Below are positions 1 to 8,508 of a DNA stretch of 64,000 bases, piece after piece (position 1 is the stretch's first letter; each line of letters begins with the position of its first letter). Origin of the DNA: Candidatus Woesearchaeota archaeon (GTDB lineage Archaea > Nanobdellota > Nanobdellia > SCGC-AAA011-G17 > UBA489); contig CAYFOE010000003.1 in assembly GCA_964344635.1 (NCBI GenBank), positions 24,389 through 88,388 of the forward strand, written 5' to 3'. The notes under the pieces were generated by a model. It had not been told where the DNA came from. It saw only the letters and a list, made by a program, of their open reading frames with translations, and did not search any database. A program made the position numbers and the translations under genes.

Positions 1-153
1 AGGCATTAAGTACATGCTACCGTCTGTAGCGTCAGCCATCAAACTAAGTCTTCCATAGTGTTTTCTTCCACCAAACCTACCAAAGTCTTCCCACTTGATA
101 GTATCTGTTGTTTCTATTTCAAATTCGTAATTTTTTTCTGGTTCCATTTTTGG
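1..153 (-). CDS. hypothetical protein, N-terminal fragment (gene continues beyond the window start)
   Basis: Reverse strand reads ATG at 151-153 then MEPEKNYEFEIETTDTIKWEDFGRFGGRKHYGRLSLMADATDGSMYLMP, open to the window edge. A TATA-like ctttataaagc lies about 35 bp upstream. Confidence 0.3.
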
Positions 154-285
154 TTTGCCTTTGATTTTTATGGATATCATCCTTTATAAAGCTTTTCTTT
201 AGTAGTTACTATTGAATGACAACACCAATGAAAATATTTAATAACCAGTTAGATACTAAAAAAACAGAAAGCAGAGATAGCAAAG

Positions 286-915
286 ATGAACCAAAGAGAC
301 TTTTACGCAATAACAGAAGGACCGAATTTTATTGGAGGAAGGGAATCCGTGGTCTACAAGCTCCCAAAACACCTTGAACGAGGACTTGGCCCTAGCGTAG
401 TAAAACTATTCCTACCCTTCGTAGAACATAAAAATGGAGTAAGAGATATTAGAACTCCTGACGACTTAGAGCACCTAGCCGCTAACGAATTCTGCATCGG
501 AATGGGCTTAGAAGACCTAGGAATTAATGTTCCAAGAATGCACACAGTCGTAGATTTTCCATCTCCAGGAAAAGAACACCCTCACTACAACGAAGGTAGA
601 AGGATTCCAGGAGTAATCATGCAAGAACTAACCGGCATGAGAGAATTCAGAGAACTAAGCTGGAACGAAAAAGGAAAAGCACTAGACAGTTTTGCATTAG
701 GCGTTGTAAAAGCAATAGGCGGAGGATTTAGACCCTTTGACACATACCACCTAAGAAATGCAATGTATGATGTCGAAGGCGAAGCTCACTTTTTTGACTT
801 CTGCCAATGGTCCGAAGGAGAAATGAAGGCTGGAGAAGGAATGAAATACCTCCAAGAAGAATTTGTTTTACCAAAAGATACATGGGAAAAGAAAGGACTA
901 GAACTAGCTATTTAG
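286..915 (+). CDS. hypothetical cytoplasmic protein (209 aa)
   Basis: Long ORF with protein-like composition. No motif I can assign with confidence. Confidence 0.45.
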   Translation: MNQRDFYAITEGPNFIGGRESVVYKLPKHLERGLGPSVVKLFLPFVEHKNGVRDIRTPDDLEHLAANEFCIGMGLEDLGINVPRMHTVVDFPSPGKEHPHYNEGRRIPGVIMQELTGMREFRELSWNEKGKALDSFALGVVKAIGGGFRPFDTYHLRNAMYDVEGEAHFFDFCQWSEGEMKAGEGMKYLQEEFVLPKDTWEKKGLELAI

Positions 916-1549
916 AGCTCATCTCTTGCGATTTAGGCTGTTTAGCCTCATTATTCTGAAAATAAGACTTACCCTTCTCAGTAATTGCAATATAAGTCTG
1001 CTTACCCTTTCTTAATTTGTGAATCAACCTCGCATCAACCAAGATCCCAATATACTCAGAAACAGTAGACCTCACTTTATCATACGTTTTCCCAGGATAC
1101 AAGTCCATAGCAAGAGTTTTTAGAGCAGTCCACTCTTGACCAGACTCCCTTTGGAAAGCACCCAATCTAAAAAATATAGCTTTTTGCGTTTCCGTTAAAT
1201 CATCCAAAGGACTCCTAGTCATTTTTGGAGGAAGATTTGACTCTTCATCATCATAATATAATTTTTCTTTAGAAGTTTCTCTCTTTTTGGGTTGAGCCGG
1301 AGTAGAATTTTCTCTTTCTGCTAGGTAGGAAATGACTTGACTGATCTCTTCAATTCTAGATTCTAGGTTTTGGAATCTTTCTCCGTACTCTTCATCCCTC
1401 GTTTTGAAAAAAGAAAGCCAATCTCTGATGACTTTTATGTCTGACTTTATCCTTGTGAACGAATTTTTTAGGTTTTCAGAGATTTGGTTAATGTGACTAA
1501 CAGCTTCGTTTACTTCTGACCTCTTTTTTCTTGAGAATAAAAAACCCAT
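908..1549 (-). CDS. coiled-coil protein with C-terminal winged-helix (MarR/ArsR-like) DNA-binding domain; paralog of 2197-2841
   Basis: N-terminal heptad-rich region (ENLKNSFTRIKSDIKVIRD...LESRIEEISQVISYL). C-terminal block AIFFRLGAFQRESGQEWTALKTLAMDL...KLRKGKQTYIAITEKG has the shape of a wHTH. TATA tttataaata lies about 25 bp upstream on its strand. Confidence 0.5.
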   Translation of the reverse strand: MGFLFSRKKRSEVNEAVSHINQISENLKNSFTRIKSDIKVIRDWLSFFKTRDEEYGERFQNLESRIEEISQVISYLAERENSTPAQPKKRETSKEKLYYDDEESNLPPKMTRSPLDDLTETQKAIFFRLGAFQRESGQEWTALKTLAMDLYPGKTYDKVRSTVSEYIGILVDARLIHKLRKGKQTYIAITEKGKSYFQNNEAKQPKSQEMSSK

Positions 1550-1559
1550 ACAACCTCTA

Positions 1560-1800
1560 TGTCGACGTTATTTATAAAGGTAACTCAAGTGTCGGGGACG
1601 TCCCTGTACAGACGTAGACGGGTGTAGACGTGTCTTAGACGGTTCGTCGACGCGTTAATCGACGCAATACCGACGTTATTTATAAGGAAAATGGACTTTT
1701 TCCGACGGAATCGACGCATCTTTCGAAGAATCATCAAAACATACAAGAAGTGAGAATTTAGTCATCGACGCGTAAAAAAATTGAATCGACGCGTAAAAAA
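1560..1800. promoter_or_regulatory. GC-rich island in non-coding DNA with about five (A/T)TCGACGC motifs, three TAGACG(G/T) motifs and a duplicated 17-mer CGACGTTATTTATAA(A)GG (a TATA-box-containing promoter module)
   Basis: Read directly. TCGACGC at about 1647, 1657, 1708, 1766, 1786. ATCGACGCGTAAAAAAA occurs twice, 20 bp apart. cgacgttatttataaagg at 1562 and cgacgttatttataagg at 1672. Composition contrasts with the AT-rich surroundings. Confidence 0.4.
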
Positions 1801-1894
1801 AGCGTCTATTCTTTCGGTTAGGCAATAGTAAGGTTTAGAATACGGCCCTAAAGGCATAGGATAAATCATAAGAATTACTGTGAAAAGGGCTTAA

Positions 1895-2180
1895 TTTTGC
1901 AAAAGTGAGAGTAATAGGGAAACTATAACAAAAATAATGAAAAAGATAGGTAATATGCACCTGAGAATAGGGGTTTTAGAGTACTATTAATACAGGAGAT
2001 TAGAGGTAGATATGCCCTCAAAACCAGAAAAGTGAGAGTTAGATAGGAGTTTTTAATGAAAATATGCTATTCTGGTGCAAAAAGAGATATTGGAGAAGTA
2101 AGGAGAACTGTAAGAAACAATAAATGTTATGAGAAAAAGCTCAAAAAATGCTCAGAATCAAAAAAGTGAGAGTTAAATTA
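1895..2180. repeat. three copies of AAAGTGAGAGT(A/T)A about 126-134 bp apart, each followed about 14-18 nt later by TAATGAAA
   Basis: Copies at about 1902, 2030 and 2164. Each is followed by a tiny ATG-initiated ORF (17, 36 and 5 codons). Related AAAAGTGAG also occurs at 2401 and 3503. Confidence 0.4.
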
Positions 2181-2196
2181 ACCAAATTTAATGAAA

Positions 2197-2841
2197 TTAT
2201 TCAAATAAGGTCCTTTGGTCAGAAGGATTCTGTCTCAAACGGATTAATTTATTCAAGAGATTAAGGTCGTGAAAGTCTTCTTTTATCATAAGTGAGACTT
2301 TACCATTAAAATGGCGTGCTTTTTTGATTGGAAGGCCTTTAGAGATAAGACGATTAGAAGTGCCTCTAATGGTAGTCTCCGTTAAATTAAGGTGGTTTGC
2401 CAAAAGTGAGTAATTAACGTCTCCAACCTGCGATTCAAGCTCTAGAATGGCCATAAACACCGAGAATTCCCTGTCTGTAAGGGTTTTGAACTGTTTCTCA
2501 AAGTCCATTTCTAGGACTTTTAGCGTGTTTTTCGGAATATTTTGTTGTCTTTCGTTGATGGTTGTTGACTGTTGATTGTTGACTGTTGACTGTTGATGAT
2601 TGTTGATGACCCCATCATTTCCGATGGAATCCTTTTTAAAAGAAGTTAAAATATCTTTTATTTCGCCTAAATTTGATTTTAATTCATCTATTCTAGAATT
2701 TAAGGCTAAAATATCCTCTTTATTGTCTTTTGAACTGTTTTTTAATTCAGTTACGCTTAATTTTAGGTCTGAAATGTCATTTTTCGCATTAGAAAAAGAA
2801 TTCCTTATTTTTTCCCTAAAAAGCGCTTTATTCTCAGCCAT
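2197..2841 (-). CDS. coiled-coil protein with C-terminal winged-helix DNA-binding domain; contains a QQSTVNN repeat linker
   Basis: N-terminal coiled coil (DISDLKLSVTELKNS...LNSRIDELKSNLGEIKDIL). Linker NNHQQSTVNNQQSTTINERQQ is encoded by the heptanucleotide repeats. C-terminal FSVFMAILELESQVGDVNYSLLANHLNLTETTIRGTSNRLISKGL is HTH-like. Same architecture as 908-1549. Confidence 0.55.
   Translation of the reverse strand: MAENKALFREKIRNSFSNAKNDISDLKLSVTELKNSSKDNKEDILALNSRIDELKSNLGEIKDILTSFKKDSIGNDGVINNHQQSTVNNQQSTTINERQQNIPKNTLKVLEMDFEKQFKTLTDREFSVFMAILELESQVGDVNYSLLANHLNLTETTIRGTSNRLISKGLPIKKARHFNGKVSLMIKEDFHDLNLLNKLIRLRQNPSDQRTLFE
2553..2610. repeat. heptanucleotide tandem repeat (TGTTGAY)n, about 6 units, inside the coding sequence of 2197-2841
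   Basis: tgttgac tgttgat tgttgac tgttgac tgttgat gat tgttgat gac, read directly. On the minus strand three units make 21 nt and encode QQSTVNN. Confidence 0.75.
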
Positions 2842-2885
2842 TTTCTTAAGGATTTAGAGGGCCTTACAATTATTTAAGACTTACC

Positions 2886-2933
2886 TGTTTGGCATTGTTT
2901 GGTATTGTTGTTCATTGTTGATGATTGTTGATG
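2886..2933. repeat. degenerate copy of the TGTTGAY heptanucleotide repeat in the 100-bp spacer between two minus-strand genes
   Basis: cattgtttggtattgttgttcattgttgatgattgttgatgaa. A 25-codon minus-strand ORF here reads MGNKGVHQQSSTMNNNTKQCQTGKS, resembling the GNDGVINNHQQST segment of the neighbouring gene. Confidence 0.55.
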
Positions 2934-2940
2934 AACCCCT

Positions 2941-3465
2941 TTATTTCCCATGGAACTCTTTAGAAATCTTATAGTACAAGCCCAGAAAAGCCTCTTTTTG
3001 AGGGTTAAGGCCTGAGGAAAGTAATTTCTTCGCCAAATCCTGCCCAACATCCTTGTTGGTGCCTTCAGGAGGCCTATAACAGATAATTCGACGCAAAGTC
3101 TTGTTTGCAACAAAGCCCTCATTGACCTGTAAGCATAGTTTTTGGCCAGTTTTAATGCTTTTCACATTATAATTATTGAGATTCACCATTAAATCGCCCT
3201 TAGAATAGTGCTGATCAACCTTTGAGAAACCATTTGCCAAGAGCAACTCATCAAACATAGCCCTCACAGTCTCTTTTGGACTCTGTTGAGCATTGTTGAC
3301 TGTTGATTGTTGATGATTGTTTAGCTCAATAACACGACCCAAATAAGCAGAAACCTTCTGTTTAGGATGCTTTTTAGACCTTTTACGGCGTTTCGTAAGA
3401 ACCAAATAAGCATACTTCCTAACATCTCCAGAAACATTCTTTCTTGTCTTAGTGCGTATATACAT
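2941..3465 (-). CDS. hypothetical protein with very basic N-terminus and a QQSTVNN repeat segment
   Basis: MYIRTKTRKNVSGDVRKYAYLVLTKRRKRSKKHPKQK is followed by LNNHQQSTVNNAQQS, encoded by the third heptanucleotide repeat. No family assigned. Confidence 0.45.
   Translation of the reverse strand: MYIRTKTRKNVSGDVRKYAYLVLTKRRKRSKKHPKQKVSAYLGRVIELNNHQQSTVNNAQQSPKETVRAMFDELLLANGFSKVDQHYSKGDLMVNLNNYNVKSIKTGQKLCLQVNEGFVANKTLRRIICYRPPEGTNKDVGQDLAKKLLSSGLNPQKEAFLGLYYKISKEFHGK
3284..3322. repeat. third TGTTGAY heptanucleotide repeat tract (about 3-4 units) inside the coding sequence of 2941-3465
   Basis: ctgttgagcattgttgactgttgattgttgatgattgttt, read directly. Confidence 0.65.
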
Positions 3466-3521
3466 ACATAGTGGGCACTACAAAGAAATATATAAAACTA
3501 TTCAAAAAAGTGAGGATAAGG

Positions 3522-3974
3522 CTATGAAGCCTTAGGTTTAGATTCTTCCTTTGACTCCCCTTGAGCCTTAGCCTTAAGAGAAATCTTAGGCATAGCAATA
3601 TGTGGAGGGAGACCAACTTGTTGAGATAAAGAAAGAGCCATAACCCCACACTTAGCAAAAACATAATTTACTAACTGGCCTGAGAAAGAAGGTTCAATCT
3701 TCTTTTCCTTGTCCCAATCTTCTAAAATCTTATCTTTAGCATCCTTACTTGTTAAATAATGAATATAACCAACAATCTCAGTCTTAGCAATATTAGGCAA
3801 GTAATCCACCGAATAAGTGAATTTGAACTTCAAAAGAGCCTGATTATTCATACCCTCAGGAGTAGGATGCTCAGCAATATCTGTAAATTTAATGCCATTC
3901 TTAGCTTCTATTTTACCCTTCAAAGGGCCAGTCTTGTCAACCGATATTTTATCTAGTGTTAAGTTGATTATCAT
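3522..3974 (-). CDS. hypothetical protein (150 aa) with Lys/Glu-rich C-terminal tail
   Basis: ORF downstream of lonB on the same strand. No recognisable motif. Confidence 0.4.
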   Translation of the reverse strand: MIINLTLDKISVDKTGPLKGKIEAKNGIKFTDIAEHPTPEGMNNQALLKFKFTYSVDYLPNIAKTEIVGYIHYLTSKDAKDKILEDWDKEKKIEPSFSGQLVNYVFAKCGVMALSLSQQVGLPPHIAMPKISLKAKAQGESKEESKPKAS

Positions 3975-4021
3975 GTTGGTTGAAATAATCTTAAGAGATT
4001 ATAAAACTTACGATTAAGAAA

Positions 4022-5899
4022 TTAGATACTTTTGAACTTCCTCAAAATACTTTCCTTACCCTTCCACTCCAAAGCATGCTCCAAAACCTCCTTCAGAGTT
4101 TCAGCATGAATAATCTTAACCTTTCTCTTATTACTAGGACTCAAAATCACATCCTGAGCATTAGCCTTAGGAATAATTACAGTTTTAATACCAGCATGAA
4201 TTGCTGCCTCAATCTTTTGAGTAACCCCACCAACCGCTAAAACTTCCCCCCGAACAGACAGAGAACCAGTCATTGCAACATTCTGCTTTATAGGAATCTG
4301 TTTCAAAGCCGAAATAATAGCCGTTGCAACAGCAATCGAAGCAGAATCTCCTTCCACACCACCAGACTCAGAAGCAGTCTGCAAAAACTGAATAAAAATA
4401 TCATACTTCTCCTTAATATCCTCACCAAAATATTTCAAAATAATAGCCGAAACATTCTGTACCGCTTCCTTCGCTATCTCACCAAGCTTACCAGTCGCAA
4501 TAAAATCAGACCTCTTCCCACCAGGCGTAACCTCCGACTCAATAGGCAAAACCAAACCCGAAAGATAAGAATCAGAACCCATCACAGCAAGACCATTAAC
4601 ACGCCCAACCCTCGACCCACTAGTAACAATAACCTCATACTTCTTTTTATTCTCAATATACTTATCAACAATCTGTTGCTCCAAAGTTCTTGCAAAAGAC
4701 TTTGCCTTAATCACATGATCAGGCTCAACAAACTTAGAATTTTGTTCCAATGCCAAATCACCAGCAGCCCTCACCAAACCACCAAGCTCCCTCAAACGCA
4801 AAGTAAGCTTCTTAGAAGTACCAGAACGAATCCTAGACTCCTGAATAATCTCCTCCACAGCAGCCTTAGTAAAATGAGGAATCTTCTTATCCTTATTAAC
4901 TTCCTGAGCTACAAAAATAGCAATCCGCCTTTGATTCTCAAGAGTATCCTCCATCGTATGATTCATATTAATCTCATAACCATAACCCCTAATCCTAGAT
5001 CTCAACGCAGGATTCATCTTCTTAATCGTATCAGGAGTACCAGCCGCAACCAAAATAAAATCAGTAGGCACTTCCTCTGAACGCACCATCGCTCCAGAAG
5101 ACCTTTCTGACTGTCCAGTGATAGGATATTTCCTTTCCTGCATACAAGTAAGAATCTCTTGTTGTGCAACAGGATCCATATTCCCAATCTCATCAATAAA
5201 TAACACACCCTTGTTTGCCTTATGGATCATACCTGGCACCAACCGCTCATAAGCAGGCGTACCCAAACCACCAGATTGAAGAGGATCATGAAGAACATCA
5301 CCCAACAAAGCTCCCGCATGAGAACCAGTAGCATCAATAAAAGGCGCCTTTACCTTCTTTGAATTATCAATAAGAATCTTTGGAACCTTAGTTCCCTTCC
5401 TTGCCTTTTTATTAAGATTAAGGAACAAAATAAATATTGCAATAAACATCATAGAAGAAATCAACGACGCAGCCGCCATAATATCACCATACTGTTTCCT
5501 AACCCACCACGGAGAAAAAATAGAAATAGCAATCAAAATATAGAAAAAAATCATTTGACCCTTGAACTGTTTCATAGACTCAATCTTAGATTGTTGGACC
5601 TGCAACTTACCCTTACCTTTAGACATAACCCTAATCAAAGGATTATGCTCATCAGAAGGATTATCAAAAGACAAAACATCATCCAAATCACCATTAGGAA
5701 TTAATTCGGCCAAAGCCTGTCCCGTCAAAGATTTACCAGTACCCGGCTCACCAATCAACAAAACATTTCTCCTCTGCCTAGCAGCTTTCTTAATAATAGT
5801 AACAGCCTCTTCCTGGCCAATAATCTGATCAACAACAGAATCTTTAATAGAGATATCTTTAGTCGTTTTGAAATCTTTGAGAGTTTTGGAACTAACCAT
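4022..5899 (-). CDS. lonB: archaeal membrane-bound Lon protease (LonB): AAA+ domain with a transmembrane insertion plus S16 protease domain
   Basis: Walker [13 protein letters not shown]. Two hydrophobic helices are inserted in the ATPase domain ([16 protein letters not shown]...[11 protein letters not shown]). Walker B LFIDEIG. Protease domain has Ser-Lys dyad context [26 protein letters not shown]. Confidence 0.9.
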   Translation of the reverse strand: MVSSKTLKDFKTTKDISIKDSVVDQIIGQEEAVTIIKKAARQRRNVLLIGEPGTGKSLTGQALAELIPNGDLDDVLSFDNPSDEHNPLIRVMSKGKGKLQVQQSKIESMKQFKGQMIFFYILIAISIFSPWWVRKQYGDIMAAASLISSMMFIAIFILFLNLNKKARKGTKVPKILIDNSKKVKAPFIDATGSHAGALLGDVLHDPLQSGGLGTPAYERLVPGMIHKANKGVLFIDEIGNMDPVAQQEILTCMQERKYPITGQSERSSGAMVRSEEVPTDFILVAAGTPDTIKKMNPALRSRIRGYGYEINMNHTMEDTLENQRRIAIFVAQEVNKDKKIPHFTKAAVEEIIQESRIRSGTSKKLTLRLRELGGLVRAAGDLALEQNSKFVEPDHVIKAKSFARTLEQQIVDKYIENKKKYEVIVTSGSRVGRVNGLAVMGSDSYLSGLVLPIESEVTPGGKRSDFIATGKLGEIAKEAVQNVSAIILKYFGEDIKEKYDIFIQFLQTASESGGVEGDSASIAVATAIISALKQIPIKQNVAMTGSLSVRGEVLAVGGVTQKIEAAIHAGIKTVIIPKANAQDVILSPSNKRKVKIIHAETLKEVLEHALEWKGKESILRKFKSI

Positions 5900-5924
5900 T
5901 TTAGATATGTAGAATGCTGAAAGA

Positions 5925-6188
5925 CTAAATTATGTCTTCTTCAGATACAACAACAAAGTCACCAATCGCGATTACAGATGAATAAGGAATTAACAAACTG
6001 TTATTTTGATCTCTCTCAAGATCCATCCCCTCTGTATAAGTTGTCGGATTCTTTAATATGATCTGCATTAATTCACCAGTTCTAACTTCAAAAGTAATGT
6101 TTCCAACTTCCCCAAACCTTTTACCAGTTTTAGTTACAACAGTCTTACCTAATAACTGCTTAGAATAGTTTTTTTCTTCCTCTGTCAT
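5925..6188 (-). CDS. PRC-barrel domain protein
   Basis: About 87 aa with [34 protein letters not shown], typical PRC-barrel shape. Confidence 0.5.
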   Translation of the reverse strand: MTEEEKNYSKQLLGKTVVTKTGKRFGEVGNITFEVRTGELMQIILKNPTTYTEGMDLERDQNNSLLIPYSSVIAIGDFVVVSEEDII

Positions 6189-6257
6189 TTTAGGTAATGT
6201 TAACCCTATATGGTATATAAAGCTTTTTGTGTGGTTTTTAAGTTGTAATAAAATTTA

Positions 6258-6884
6258 TCAATCTGAGACTAATTTATTGATAAACTCTGAAGGAAAAATA
6301 GAAAGCAGAGATATAGCCTTGATAGGAGGCTTTATTGAAACATCATTATTCTTGTAAGAATCCAAGAAAACAGGAAGCCTTTTTTGGTTAGGTAGATTCT
6401 GTAAGACATCTGAAACCGCTAAAGAAAATGCCATATCAACTTTATCTTGGTCAACATCATTTAGTAAATCCAAGATCTCTGACTTCTCAAAAGAAATATT
6501 TTCCGACAGAGTGATATTATCTGAAAGCAGGTTAGGAAATGAATCATTCGTGAATGTGAACACCTTGAAAAAACCTTGATCTGAGGAATTTTGATAATAA
6601 GTGTTTAGATCACCAGATTCAATGAAAAAAGTATCTGAATCTGAAAAATTAATTATCATAGTCGATTCTATGTTGTTATCTACCTTATAGAAGAATGCCG
6701 ATTGAGATGTTTCAAGATTTGAAAGACTTTTAGCATCAGAAATTATCAGAATAGTAGTCAATAATATGAATCCAAAGATCAACAATGAAAATATGAATAG
6801 AGTTTTGAGTATTTTTTTAACAACAAAAAACAAAATTAATAGAACAATTATTGAAACAATTGCAATTGTTGTAAGTATCTCCAT
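6258..6884 (-). CDS. hypothetical membrane-anchored protein (two N-terminal TM helices, extracytoplasmic Asn/Ser/Asp-rich domain)
   Basis: MEILTTIAIVSIIVLLILFFVV...LFIFSLLIFGFILLTTILII followed by a polar domain. Confidence 0.4.
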   Translation of the reverse strand: MEILTTIAIVSIIVLLILFFVVKKILKTLFIFSLLIFGFILLTTILIISDAKSLSNLETSQSAFFYKVDNNIESTMIINFSDSDTFFIESGDLNTYYQNSSDQGFFKVFTFTNDSFPNLLSDNITLSENISFEKSEILDLLNDVDQDKVDMAFSLAVSDVLQNLPNQKRLPVFLDSYKNNDVSIKPPIKAISLLSIFPSEFINKLVSD

Positions 6885-6959
6885 TGTTTAAACCTTGAAT
6901 TATTGATATAAATAGGTTGTTAATTCAAGATAAGTAAAAAATAATTGGGTAAACTAAAG

Positions 6960-6984
6960 ACCCCACACCAACATTTCGTATGGA
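6960..6984 (-). promoter_or_regulatory. origin recognition box (ORB), inverted orientation
   Basis: Reverse complement reads TCCAtacGAAAtgttggtgtGGGGt. This fits the archaeal ORB pattern TCCA-N3-GAAA-N9-GGGG. Confidence 0.6.
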
Positions 6985-7039
6985 AAAAAATATTTCGGAA
7001 AAAAACGTAAAACATACGAGTTACACTGTTTAAAGTTAA

Positions 7040-7200
7040 AATTAAAGAATTTTTATAAATTTTTTATTTTTTTATATTTTATTTATAAATTTTTTTATTA
7101 TTTATTATTTATTATTTAATTTATTTTTTTTATTATATATTTTTCAATTATTTATTTTTAGAATGCTGAAATATTTTTGGTTTTTTGATTTATTTTTTTA
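7040..7200. repeat. AT-rich duplex unwinding element with (TTTAT)n-like microsatellite between the two ORBs
   Basis: tttattatttattatttattatttaatttatttttttt and similar text, essentially devoid of G/C. Read directly. Confidence 0.6.
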
Positions 7201-7210
7201 TAAAAGAATA

Positions 7211-7236
7211 CTCCAGTGGAAACTATGGTGTGGGAG
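7211..7236 (+). promoter_or_regulatory. origin recognition box (ORB)
   Basis: cTCCAGTGGAAACtatggtgtGGGag. The TCCAGTGGAAAC core matches the canonical mini-ORB. It lies 55 bp upstream of the cdc6 start. Confidence 0.65.
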
Positions 7237-7290
7237 TTTCATATGATAGTATAGATATGCTTAAATAAAACATGAAATATTTTTGTAGTT

Positions 7291-8508
7291 ATGGCCGACG
7301 TTAAAGACTTTCTACGAGATTACGCAAAAAAAGAGGGTTTATTCAAAAATAAAAAAGTTCTACAATCAAATTACACACCAGAAAAAGTACCATACAGAGA
7401 AGACCAAATAAACATGTTAGCAGGCATACTCGCACCTTCCCTGCGTATGGAGCGGCCCAGCAACATATTTCTCTACGGAAAAACAGGCACAGGAAAGACA
7501 CTAGCAATAAAACATGTAATAGACCAAATAGACGAAGTTGCAAAAGAAAGCAAACTCAATCTAAAAATAGTCTACCTAAATTGTAAACTAAAAAGAGTTG
7601 CAGACACAGAATACAGACTAATAGCACAAATCTCAAGAGAACTAGGACAAGAAATACCACCAACAGGATTACCAACCGACGAAGTTTACAAAATATTCGT
7701 AAGACTAGTCGAAAAAGAAAAAATGCTACTTCTCTTAGTCTTAGACGAAATAGACGAAATCGTAAAAAACACAGGAGACAAAATATTATACAATCTAACA
7801 AGACTAAATGCTGAACTAGAAAACAGCGAAATCTCAATCGTAGGCGTAAGCAACGATCTAATGTTCATCGACCAAGTAGATCCAAGAGTTAAAAGCAGCC
7901 TAAGTGAAGAAGAACTAGTCTTTCCACCATACAACGCAATACAACTACAAAAAATATTGAAAGAAAGATCCCAAATCTCATTCGGAACAGAAGTAATTGG
8001 CGAAGGAGTCATTGAAAAATGTGCAGCATACGCAGCAAAAGAACACGGAGATGCAAGAAGAGCCTTAGAACTACTAAGAGTTGCAGGAGAACTAGCAGAA
8101 AGAAACAACTCAGATAAAATAGAAATCAAATTCATAGACCAAGCCGAAGAAAAAATAGAAAGAGACAGAGTCGTAGACATCGTATCAACACAACCAAAAC
8201 AATTCAAAATCACCCTATACAGTATCTTACAATTCACAAGTTTAGACAGTTCTAAAACGAATTCCCAAGGAATATACACCGGAGATATATATGAACTCTA
8301 CAAAGAGAATTGCATTAAATGCGGAACCAAACCCTTAACCCAAAGAAGGATTGGCGACATAATTGCCGAACTAGACATGCTCGGAATAATCAATGCAAGA
8401 GTCATAAGCAAAGGCCGATACGGCAGAACACGGAGTATCACACTAGGAATTCCTGAGAACATAGTGAAAAAAATACATGTTATGTTACAGGAAGGTCTAG
8501 GTATATGA
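7291..8508 (+). CDS. cdc6: Orc1/Cdc6 replication initiator
   Basis: Walker A LYGKTGTGKT. Walker B LLLVLDEIDE. C-terminal winged helix. Located next to the ORB/DUE origin as in Pyrococcus-type origins. Confidence 0.92.
   Translation: MADVKDFLRDYAKKEGLFKNKKVLQSNYTPEKVPYREDQINMLAGILAPSLRMERPSNIFLYGKTGTGKTLAIKHVIDQIDEVAKESKLNLKIVYLNCKLKRVADTEYRLIAQISRELGQEIPPTGLPTDEVYKIFVRLVEKEKMLLLLVLDEIDEIVKNTGDKILYNLTRLNAELENSEISIVGVSNDLMFIDQVDPRVKSSLSEEELVFPPYNAIQLQKILKERSQISFGTEVIGEGVIEKCAAYAAKEHGDARRALELLRVAGELAERNNSDKIEIKFIDQAEEKIERDRVVDIVSTQPKQFKITLYSILQFTSLDSSKTNSQGIYTGDIYELYKENCIKCGTKPLTQRRIGDIIAELDMLGIINARVISKGRYGRTRSITLGIPENIVKKIHVMLQEGLGI

Noticed and set aside
286-915. Protein-kinase-like fold for the first complete ORF
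   Set aside because: VVKLF resembles a kinase beta3 lysine context, but there is no HxD catalytic loop or DFG motif. Left as hypothetical.
1895-2180. Possible CRISPR array from the regularly spaced AAAGTGAGAGT motifs
   Set aside because: The conserved unit is only about 13 nt. The intervening about 115-nt segments share further similarity (TAATGAAA) rather than being unique spacers, and only three copies exist. No cas genes nearby. This is not CRISPR architecture.
2553-2610. QQSTVNN repeat as a prion-like Q/N-rich domain
   Set aside because: The tract is only about 20-25 residues and better explained as a nucleotide-level heptamer repeat. Too short to call a Q/N prion domain.
7686-8279. Long antisense ORFs inside cdc6, polD and the flaJ-like gene (for example 7686-8279, 9134-9508, 25874-26350, 27742-28350, 28848-29324)
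   Set aside because: They lie entirely within strongly supported genes on the other strand. They have Ser/Leu/Ile-rich low-complexity translations typical of antisense reading of AT-rich coding DNA.
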